Shown here: one piece after another, positions 1-10,270 of the stretch
Layout of the letters: the number at the start of each line of letters is the position of its first letter
Position numbering within the stretch: the stretch's first letter is position 1
NCBI RefSeq assembly: GCF_002113885.1
Contig: NW_018479852.1
Coordinates: 1-64,000 of the forward strand
Direction: 5' to 3'
From: Mizuhopecten yessoensis
Taxonomy: Eukaryota
Length of the DNA: 64,000 bases
Notes under the pieces: generated by a model
Seen by the model: only the letters and a program-made list of their open reading frames with translations
Databases searched by the model: none
Told to the model about the DNA's origin: nothing
Position numbers and translations under genes: made by a program

Positions 1-298
1 GAAATGACTGATACTGTTAGTGTGTGCTAGGAAATCAATGATACTATAAGCGTGTGCTAGGAAATGACTGTTACTGTTACTGTGTGCTAGGAAATGGCTG
101 ATACTGTAAGTGTTTTAGGAAATGACTGTTACTGTTAGTGTGTGCTAAGAAATCAATGATACTGTTAGAAGGAATTCAATTATACTGTTACAAGGAGTGT
201 GTGCTGGGAAATAACTGATACCGTTACTGTGTGCTAGGAAATGACTGATACTGTTAGTGTGTGCTAGGAAATCAATGATGCTGTTAGTGTGTGCTAGG
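1..298. repeat. 30-bp minisatellite (GGAAATGACTGATACTGTTAGTGTGTGCTA)n, ~10 units, truncated by the window start; lies in the first intron of TRIM copy 1
   Basis: Tandem units read directly; the same array and the same right flank (ctaggacactttcacca) recur at 44041-44926. Confidence 0.95.
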
Positions 299-1907
299 AC
301 ACTTTCACCAATTCAAAGTGTCACCTTTCACTTATAAAGTCCCTATTGGTACGACGCTTTCCTCAAGTAATTATTATGTTAGTTATGCTTAAAACTAATA
401 TTTGCTGTTATGACAAATTCGCACTTATTTGTGAGAGCAAAATTTATAAATATTAATAAATAACATATTTCATGAAAAGGATAATGTAGATATTATAAAT
501 GATCTCAAAGACAAAGCAGAGTACTCTCTTATATATTCCAAGATAGATGACGCTATAAGGTATCTGAAAACCATTTGTAAATTAGACACTGCTGGTGTGC
601 TTAAGTTGATCTTATATTATTAAGTTTAGTACATTTAGAGGAAAATATTTCCAGTGAGATATCATAATGCTACTTTCGTTTTAATTTATACTAGTATTCA
701 TCGTCGATGGTATAACTATAGTAAGAATCAATCTGTTTCAATTGAGATTACGTGTATGTCATATCTAGCTGACTTATATCAAACTTTAATACGTTATTGA
801 TTCAGAGAGTCAATAATTTAATTTTTGATGGATTATTTCCCTCTTTTACAATTTATTCGGAAGTGAAGATACCCGAGGTTTCCCATTAATGACCAGCATA
901 CGTAACACACATTTTCTATACAAAATACTTTGCATCGAGTAGGGCAGTATTATATACCGCACACCTACACATGTATACTACCTAGACGATCTGGATATGC
1001 AATCATCCGTAGGTAGTACACAACTTGTCATGTTACCCAACACTCATTATGAGACAAGACTTTTGACAGGTTTCGTGGATACGGTATTTACTATCAATGT
1101 GTATTGTCTGATACCGCGGTACATAACACGACATGTACAAGGTGTTTATAGCAACAATCAAACTATCACACCATCTTCATGCACTTCTAAATATAGACTT
1201 TGCGTATACCCGATAAGGGAAATATTTCTTTTCTTTAATTCATCTTGCTTCTGCAACCCTTTTTAATGCCATTTATAACACTGTTAGACACGTTACAACA
1301 TATTTTCAATACTCCTTCGTAATTTCTTCAGTTGACCTCCTTTATAACATTATTACAGCATTGATAATATACTTCTCCGGAATGCCTTTGATGATATTAT
1401 ATGATGAATATAATATGATGTGCCTTTGTAAACATAGTATTAACTCTTTTATCCCTGAATCAATGCTGATATCAAAGCCCTTGGCTTCTCGAGCTGATAT
1501 TTGAACTCGTGGATGTTTGCCTGAGCCTTCGTTAAAATATACAAGACCCAAGAAAGATTATTATTTTAGATATAAGTATTCATATACGTTGTGCAATTCT
1601 CAAACTGTATTTAGCTGTTTTCTCAATAAAATATTGTAATCTTTGATATGAGGGGTATGAAAATAGTTACTTACTGAAGCAATCACTGACTTGTTGTACA
1701 TATTTCTTTGTTATGTGCAGTTTAAGATCAGTTCTTATTTATTTAGTTTTGTAACATAACAGTTACATAAGTAACATAATTTCTCCACAAAGTTATGGAA
1801 AGGAATCTGTAGATGAAGTACTCTTTTTAAAGAACGATAAAGAATGTTGCAATTAAAACAATGTACTATTAATATATTGGTTTTAATTTTACAGGCCTGC
1901 AACCAGT

Positions 1908-3633
1908 ATGGCTTCGAGGAAGAAAAAAGACTACACAAAAGTGTTGTCAATTACAGAGTGTAATATCTGCCATTTGGATCTTTTCGACCCTCGTCGAATA
2001 GAGTGTGGACACGCCTTTTGCCTCCATTGTCTAAGTCAACACATAAGTTGTTCGTCTTCTTGTCCAACCTGTAAACGACCTATAAAGCCAAAATTAGGAA
2101 AGGTCGAAAACTACCCTGTTGCTATGGACATTGTGCACCTGCTGCAGTCTCTTCAAAACGTTGCAAGTAGCGGCCATATAGCAGATGAAGGAAGTTGTAC
2201 TGCAGATGATGTAAGGGGTGAAGAAGATGCGAACGAATATGAGGTTGTTGATTCTGACCCAGATCAAGGGGGGACTAAGACGTTACCTCAACAATCAAAG
2301 TCTGTCATGTCGAACGAAGAATGCGATATACATGGACAAAGAATAGTTTCTGTTTGTACCACTTGTGATGATGAACTTATCTGCGCCAAATGCAGCATCC
2401 ATTCTACCCACAATAAACTAGAGATATCTGAACATAATAGGCATCTCAAGCGACTACTCAAAAAACAAAGAGCTGATTTACTCCAACGGGGAAAAGATGA
2501 CGGAGCAAAAGAAGAAAGATTGCAGGAAATGATCGAAAAGCAAGTTCAACAAAAGGAAACCATTAGAGACGAGATAGAAGAAATTGCCGAGGAAATGTTC
2601 ACACAAATTCATATGAAAAAGGAAGAAATGCTTCGACCTATTGAGGAAAAGGCAGACGAATACGTCAAACAACTGACGGAGAGGCAGGAGGATATCAAAG
2701 ACAGAATATCTGAGTTCAGTCACATCAGCAACAGGATTGGAAAACTTTCGCATGATGACACAACAGACTATAGCAGAAAAGCAAAAAGATTGGTTAAACA
2801 AGCAAACATTGCACTCCTGATAGAAAACAAACCTGTACCACGTTACCGGAACATTGAGTTCACCAAGAATGACACAGTCCTAGAAGATCTGTCACAACTT
2901 CAGTTAGGTGATGTAAGGATAGATGAAGTATCAATAGCGCAGGACGAGGATGGGACAGCGTCCGACTTCTTTCCTGATGGGGAGAAATTGTACGTGAATG
3001 ATGTGTACCCGGACGATGTCCACACGTACGATGATTCAATCTCACCTCCACCACCCCCTCTTAGACCAAAACCGGAAAAATCTTATTATCCATTACCTAC
3101 ATCAGTGGCACGACCAACTATGGATGTTCGTCCTTTTTTTTCTCGCCCTCGTCCTCCACTTCCTCCACGACCTCAAAATCAATATCAAAATCAAAGTCTC
3201 CCAGCAGCTAAAAAAGATGAGCAAATCTACCATGACCTCGGCGATTCCCTATATGATAATACTACACGAAAACAAAAGCATGACACGGAACCTCCGGAAC
3301 AGAAAGAAGATGAACTGGACAGCCATTTCAATCCACCGCCATTATCTCCCTTTTCAGGAACATTTCGAAAATCGGTCTCTAAAGCAATCGACAACCGTGC
3401 ATTTCCGCAAAAATTGGTCCACCGTGTATTCCTCCCCTTTCGACCCTCGGGATTCACGGTTGTCCGAGGTTCAATCGGTCACTACTTTACATTTGTCACC
3501 GATGATAACGATGTGAAAATGTTTAGACAGAATGGATACTTATATAGGCCAATCACAGATCTCGTACGGGCGTTTGATGTTGCAAGCCAACAACATGGAG
3601 AGGCATGGACGCCATTGTACATAACGGATGAAG
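1908..3633 (+). CDS. TRIM-NHL copy 1, coding exon 1: RING (C3HC4), B-box2, coiled coil, Pro/Tyr-rich linker, first NHL blades
   Basis: CNIC..CGHAFCLHC..CPTC RING; CDIH..CTTC..CAKCSIHSTH B-box; heptad-rich helix; acceptor tttacag at 1894; donor G|GTAAAT at 3634 conserved in all complete copies. Confidence 0.92.
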
Positions 3634-3969
3634 GTAAATGATAACAAATGTCTACCTTTTGTAGTTGGAACATTGATAAAATAAATGGAAAGTGAAAATA
3701 ATGGAAATGTTTAATGAAGTTGAACTACAACCGTTACAACACAATTTGGTGGGTAAATGATCTTTATTATGCGAGAAAGGTGTCGCTTGTGAATTCGGAA
3801 ATCTTGTTAATACTTGTTTTTTACGATTGCAGATGTTGTAACATATACTTTCTATTCATTAAGGATTCCGTTTGTAAAACAAATTGCATTGATAAGTCGT
3901 TCATGTATATAACACAATGCAACATTTCTACTGAAATACATTTCTATATGTCTTATTATTTTAATTTAG

Positions 3970-4523
3970 GTCGAAGAACAGGAGATGGAAGTGTCAGGGT
4001 GTATACCTCCGAGGGAGAATTCCAGAAAGTGTTAGTGGGAAAGCTCAAGAAACCACAAGGAATTTCCATATCACGAGTGGGACTCGTTTACGTATGTGAC
4101 GAAGCAAATATCCTTGTGTTTTGTCCGAAAACGGGAAAAAGGAAGAGGATCATTTCTACCATTGGGAAAGATCCAATTTTTGTACGCCCTTTGTATGTGA
4201 TGGTGAGCGCCACTGGGAAGATTCTAGTCTCCGATGTGGGCACCAGAGAGCTCAAAATTCATGACGAAACCCGAAAGTACACCGACAAATTCAAACCAGA
4301 TGAGGACGAAGGGGAGCTTTACACAAGCTTCACTCCTGGAATGTGCGCCGAGGATTCTTCTTCGAATTACTACGTCATTGACCAGGAGAGAAACATACTT
4401 TATATATTGCGCGGTGGGGGGAGGTCAGAGAAGTTAGCGCTACCACAAAAGCCTCAGGGGCACGATGGAATACCAACAGCTGTATCCTTCGCCAACGATA
4501 CAGGGAACATTGTAGTGTTTTAG
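3970..4523 (+). CDS. TRIM-NHL copy 1, coding exon 2: remaining NHL blades (spliced CDS 2280 nt, ~759 aa)
   Basis: Acceptor tttag at 3969 restores frame (G|GT CGA AGA); NHL-type repeats KPQGISI..LVYVCD, RPLYVMV..ILVSD, YYVID; 554-nt exon in all four complete copies. Confidence 0.9.
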
Positions 4524-6004
4524 ACAAAAGATATACAGGATGTTGTTTTGATAAAGGAAATGTTTTTTGTATATACCCAAACGTACGTTTGACTGCGAAT
4601 AACACAACAACGCCAATCACGTCGTCTGCAATGATTCACGTCAGATATGCCCGGACGTTTTCCGATGTGATGTTAGAGGTCCATCCTTTTATGTTTATGT
4701 TATAGTAACTGAGTTCAATATATCTTATGACGGTCAGATTAAAGCCCATATGTTGAAAAAACTTCCTTTGAAAAAATGTAGGCATTCCAATCAATATTCA
4801 CGTAGTTAAGAATCAACTAATACGTCTGAACTTTAGACATATTTCTTAAAATATTATTTTATTAACCCTTAAACTTAGTTCAGTTTCCTTTTCGTTTTAG
4901 TATAAACGTTCGAGACAACTGATTAAACCAAGTTATATCATTGTTATAGATTGTTATATAAGTATATGAAATTACTGTAAATAATAATCCCGTTATATTT
5001 TTGCTTGGCCGATACTTAAAAAATAGACAAGAAAATCAAACATGGCTAGGAATGTGATCGCAATTAAACTTTTGTTTTGCCACGTTAGTATTTAAAAAAC
5101 ATACAGCTTGGTATTAGATACACGCAGCTCGTACTTACATAGGGAACTGATACAAACAATATACTTATAAATAATATAGTCCAGATATATTATACAAAAG
5201 CTACGGAGTTGTTTGTAAATACACAATATGACTAATTTTGCTAGTTTTTTTGAGCGGTTTTATGTCCGCTTCACTACCGAGTAGTTCTGTTATCCAGCAG
5301 ACGAGTGTGACTTATTACTCATTTGTGTGTTATACATGTGCATTTAGTTTAAATGACGCAAAGAAAATACGATAAACAGTAGTCTCGCTTTGTTGTAAAA
5401 ATCAATATCTGTCCAGGAGATCTAATACAAGATAAGCTGTAATCAGTTGTTTTAACCATCTACGTGACAAAACCGATTAGTCACTTTTAGGGACATACGA
5501 TAATTTTTACATCTCACAACATCTTATGTTCCACCCGTCAATGGTCTTAAATTGCTATAAGCATAAGATGAGTATCACCTTTGCGATGTTTCATATAGTT
5601 AAAACATGTTTTATTGTACAACGATACAAATGGATTGAACAACAAGTTATTTCAACTTAATGAAGTCCTATACCGAAATGGAGCGATGTTTCATTCGCTT
5701 ATCTAAACGACCTTTACTGTAACTGAACTTGCCTTAAAGTGTTGTTCATCAAAAGTTTTATATTCCTAATGTAAATAAACAGATATCATAATAATAGAGA
5801 TGACATAATTCGGATCCCTGGCAAACTGCTGGCAAACACTGTTAAAGAGGACTTAAATAATTAATTTTAAATCACTATCAATTATTTCAATTCCGTCGTT
5901 GTTTTCGATATAAGTTGTCAGTTGTGCAAAGACATAAAATCTAAATTCAATTGTTTGTGTTATATTTTTTGGAATACCCCTTATATTCAATATTTGTTAT
6001 CGGA

Positions 6005-6230
6005 TGGTCGGGTGGCGCAGTGGATATAACACTTGCCTTTCACCTAGGCGGCCGCGGTTCAATTCCCCAATCGGACGTGAAAAGGTAAGGGGTCACCTGC
6101 CCGACCCTCCGGTTACTTCGCTTTCCTCCGATATTTAGATACCCGCGCGCTAAAATCCAGGCCAACAAAAGTGATTAATATAAGTTGAAATAACTTGTTT
6201 TATAATTGTTGTAAAATAAATAAAGTTTAC
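6005..6230 (+). mobile_element. tRNA-derived SINE
   Basis: Pol III A box TGGCGCAGTGG (6013-6023), B box GGTTCAATTCC (6056-6066), CC(G)G..TTTCCTCC core, A-rich tail; decayed paralogs at ~21147-21340 and ~35856-36050. Confidence 0.8.
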
Positions 6231-6579
6231 AGATATTATATCATATATATTATATATTATTCAATATTTTAAATTTGGCATTCGACATTCGGCTCTTTTT
6301 TTTGGTTGGCTAATTGTTATAATAAGGCATTGCAATTCATTAGCATTATATTCTGTTGGTTGTTTACATTTTCGATCATATCAGGCATATAGCAGCACGA
6401 TAGAAGACCTGAGTGTTCTAAGGGTTGGGTGGTCCCTACCGGCGAGGTCTGCTGAGGTCTTATCTTATATGTTTAGTAAATTATTACACACCACAGCACT
6501 ATGCTACATGTTACGTGTTCTTGTTGCTATAAGGTATCGATCAGCTGATTAGTCATACTAAGAAATAGTAGAACTACAA

Positions 6580-6965
6580 AACTTTGTCACAAGTGTGGTG
6601 TGCTCTACCAAGATCATACAGAATATGTTGTATTAAGATGTGATTTTAAGAGAACTTTTAGATATAAGCTATGGATGGATATAGCCAATATACACAACCT
6701 GACATTTAATCATTATATAAATTCATTATCTGAAGCTGAAACTATGTATCATCTGCTCAGAGGCGAAGTTAACTTCAGGTTAAAAAATAATGAATTGGAA
6801 GAATTTAGAATTACTTCTGTGGCAAATGTCTATAAAATGTTAACAATTTACAGCAGCTGATTTGAAAGTTATTTATGACACATTCTTTATTGATTCACAT
6901 GCTTATATCACCGTTAGGGTGAATTTTATTGTACAATGTATGCATACCTTACCATATGTCAAATA
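6580..6965 (+). mobile_element. Decayed 3' end of a non-LTR retrotransposon (degenerate Cys-knuckle, probably RTE-X-like)
   Basis: LCHKCGVLYQDHTEYVVLRC followed by a helical tail, stop and aaataaataa. Confidence 0.4.
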
Positions 6966-7419
6966 AATAACATATATACATTTTTTTGTGGCATGTATGT
7001 AATTATCCATTGTTTTGATTTTGCTATTGTATTATTTTGTCTTTATTGATATGAAATATATTGTAATCTTCATTTGGAGGAAATAAAGATGATAATAAAG
7101 CATATAACACTGCCGTGAAGATAGGTTTATGGGCAAATGTAATAAAAAGTAACATTGCAGGAAAATCTTTCAAGTGATATATAACATCTGATTTCTGTAA
7201 CATCGGGGTAAAGCAGGGTCATTGGTAAAGACCTCTCTACGTTTACGTTTTCAGTCCATCTCAATGATACGGAAATATGTTTTATGCAAAACAGTATCGA
7301 ATGCCTTTTAGAAATAGGTTTTTTATTGACCTTTGTATTCTTAAATTCATTACGTGATCAAACGTACGCAATACTCAAATCTCAATTTGAATTTTAGACC
7401 ATATTAAGTGAAACTTAAA

Positions 7420-7562
7420 TGCCAAAATAGAATAACTGTGTGTTAATTCAGAACATCTAATACATATTGCCTATCAAAACTAGCCGATTGTCTGGGATAC
7501 CACGGTATGAGAAGATATGCCCATTATGTTTTTCGTGTGTTAGTGATAAGTATCATTATTCG
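7420..7562 (+). mobile_element. RTE-X-like LINE 3' fragment
   Basis: Frameshifted FRTSN..LPIKTSR..GIPRYEKICPLC...DKYHY, matching the FRTSNH.LPIE.GR..C..C...DE.H pattern of this group. Confidence 0.55.
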
Positions 7563-7611
7563 TCTATCCGTATAACAATTGCATCTGTCAATTAAAAGTC
7601 ATTGGAGCTTT

Positions 7612-9172
7612 GTAACTAATTACAGACCCATATCTATTCTTCCAATTTTATCCAAACTCTTAGAAAAACATGTGCAGACTACCTTTTATAAGTTTTTAAA
7701 CCAACACAATCTAATCATTGAGAATCAATCAGGATTTCGAAATATGCATTCATGTCAAACTGCTCTTACTGCACTTACAAATAGATGGTATGATGAATTG
7801 GACAAGGGAAACCTCATCGGTGTAATGTATATTGATTTTCGTAAGGCTTTTGACCTGGTTGACCATAAGATACTACTCCAGAAAATGAAAATATATGGAT
7901 GCTCTGAAAAATTCATTATGTTTTTTACCTCATACCTTTCAAACAGATTTCAGAAAGTATCTTTCAAAAGTTCTTTAAGTGATGCCTGTGAAATTACAAC
8001 TGGTGTACCTCAAGGTTCCATAATTGGGCCTTTGATGTTTTTATTATATGTCAATGATCTGCCACTCTGCTCAAAACATTGTGAACTTTTTATGTATGCA
8101 GATGATACTTCAATGCAAAAAGCAGACACAAATTTGGATGTTATCGAATCATGTCTACAAACGGATTTTAATCATGTAAAGAAATGGTGTGATGTCAACA
8201 AAATGGTCATAAATACTGATAAAACCAAAGTAATGTTAATTGGAAGTAAGCANNNNNNNNNNNNNNNNNNNNNNNNNNNNNNNNNNNNNNNNNNNNNNNN
8301 NNNNNNNNNNNNNNNNNNNNNNNNNNNNNNNNNNNNNNNNNNNNNNNNNNNNNNNNNNNNNNNNNNNNNNNNNNNNNNNNNNNNNNNNNNNNNNNNNNNN
8401 NNNNNNNNNNNNNNNNNNNNNNNNNNNNNNNNNNNNNNNNNNNNNNNNNNNNNNNNNNNNNNNNNNNNNNNNNNNNNNNNNNNNNNNNNNNNNNNNNNNN
8501 NNNNNNNNNNNNNNNNNNNNNNNNNNNNNNNNNNNNNNNNNNNNNNNNNNNNNNNNNNNNNNNNNNNNNNNNNNNNNNNNNNNNNNNNNNNNNNNNNNNN
8601 NNNNNNNNNNNNNNNNNNNNNNNNNNNNNNNNNNNNNNNNNNNNNNNNNNNNNNNNNNNNNNNNNNNNNNNNNNNNNNNNNNNNNNNNNNNNNNNNNNNN
8701 NNNNNNNNNNNNNNNNNNNNNNNNNTTTATCTTAATTACTATTCCTAATGCCCTAATCAACACTTTGGTATTAACTCACGCTACATTAGCGTATATTCTG
8801 TAATTTTTTACCCTTTGTCACAATGACATGTATGTATATTAGACGCATTATGCGTTTCTTAAATCTTCTAAAATGCAGCATGAGAATTTATGCATTGCAT
8901 GATATTTAGCCAACTTTTTATTTTCCAATACACGTGTGACATATTTTATTGTAAGCCTGTGTGATATCACATACCAATATATCTGTGATATGTATTACGT
9001 AGTTTTGTTATTGGATACAGGGTGCAAGAGTGTGTTGTTTTTATGTATGTACGTGTATGTCATATCCATGTTGTAAATATTGTACATTTTATGTCGACCA
9101 CATGTGAGACGAGTCATTGACTCAATGTGTTATCGAATTTAAATAAAGTCTATTATTATTATTATTATTATT
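7612..9172 (+). mobile_element. 5'-truncated L2/Crack-like (CR1 group) LINE, reverse transcriptase region, with N gap 8253-8725 and (ATT)n tail
   Basis: NYRPISILP, QSGFR, IDFRKAFD, GVPQGS, YADDT motifs; 3' end aaataaagtc(tat)n at 9141-9172. Confidence 0.88.
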
Positions 9173-9558
9173 AAAAGTAAATATAGACCTCACAACTAAA
9201 ATGCCGTTAATCAGAATAAAATGCACAGTCTACCAAGGAATGAAGTTCATCTTCAAAAGAACTTTTGGATTCTGACTGTTTGTTATCGTTTAGAGCTACA
9301 GAAGGAAAATTCACCACAACGGAAGTTAGTTAACAACTGCCTATGTCTAAAATTGACCACATTAAATACTAGTATATGATTCTGGTACAAGAGCTGTTTT
9401 ATACGTTCGATTAGTCCGAAGTTTGTTTCATTTAAATTGTCCCATATAGTTCCACAGTTCTTGATAACAATTGTTTCCGTCAACTGTTTTAAATCCAGTT
9501 TTGGAATTAGGGGTAAAGGCTCATACAGATTATGATCTTTTTTTTTTTTTACACGTAT

Positions 9559-10030
9559 AAGTTGTTTTATTGTACCGGTACAGTTAGAGATGTTGACATT
9601 TACAGTAAGGAATGTACATTTAAGTTGTTTTATTGTACCGTTACAGTTAGGGATGTAAATTGATATCCCTGACTGTACAGGTCAACATCTCTAACTGTAC
9701 CGGTACAATAATACAACTTCAATTTACATCCCTGACTGTACAGGTCAACATCCCTCACTGTACCGGTACAATAAAACAACTTAAATTTACATCCATTACT
9801 GTACAGATCAACATCTCTAGCTGTTACAGTACAATAATACAACTTTAATTTACGTCCCTGACTGTACAGGTCAACATCCTTAACTGTACTGGTACAATAG
9901 TACAACTTCAATTTACATCCCTGACTGTACAGGTCAACATCCTTAACTGTAATAGTACAATAATATAACTTCAAGTTATATCCCTTAATGTTTCTGTACA
10001 ATAAAACAATTTACATCCCTGACTGTACAT
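9559..10030. repeat. 63-bp minisatellite with an internal orientation switch at ~9660
   Basis: 21-aa periodicity in spurious ORF 9630-10001; 9559-9660 is the reverse complement of the units at 9663-10030. Confidence 0.85.
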
Positions 10031-10270
10031 GGCGGCTATTTCGTTTCATAAGCAAAGCGAACGCGCCGCGGTACGGATAGAGCCTTCCGATACAGGCAAG
10101 TACCTGTACCTGCGCGGATGTATGCTGACAGACCCTACTCCACATGCCTGCACCCTAGCCCTTAGCTGCGATAACGTAGCTTTCTGACGACGAGATATTT
10201 GTTTTTATATCTTGTGTCGTCGGACGCGGGGCAGAGGAGGCCGGGTATTGATATTAGTACTACCTAGTCC

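Noticed and set aside
3226-3262. Canonical ITAM in YHDLGDSLYDNT
   Set aside because: The spacer is 4 residues rather than 6-8 and the second motif lacks L/I; retained only as separate Tyr motifs
3290-3340. Placeholder removed
   Set aside because: Not a feature
3227-3457. Antisense and alternate-frame ORFs overlapping the TRIM exons
   Set aside because: They recur only because the exons are duplicated; no recognisable domains
3714-3969. N-terminal ~85 aa of ORF 3714-4523 (likewise the starts of ORFs 19416, 34125 and 32047)
   Set aside because: Intronic read-through upstream of conserved splice acceptors; not conserved between paralogs
4521-4595. Stop-codon readthrough extending the NHL domain
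   Set aside because: The downstream peptide is not conserved in copy 4 and is not NHL-like
6005-6075. tRNA gene
   Set aside because: A and B boxes are present but there is no convincing cloverleaf; it continues into a SINE body and tail
8236-8803. Long ORFs made of X residues
   Set aside because: Artefacts of the 473-N gap
9630-10001. Cys-rich repeat ORFs (also 55792-56085)
   Set aside because: Translations of minisatellites
10183-10226. Hammerhead ribozyme (CTGACGA core)
   Set aside because: No correctly placed GAAA or stem II; the motif is one arm of a simple inverted repeat
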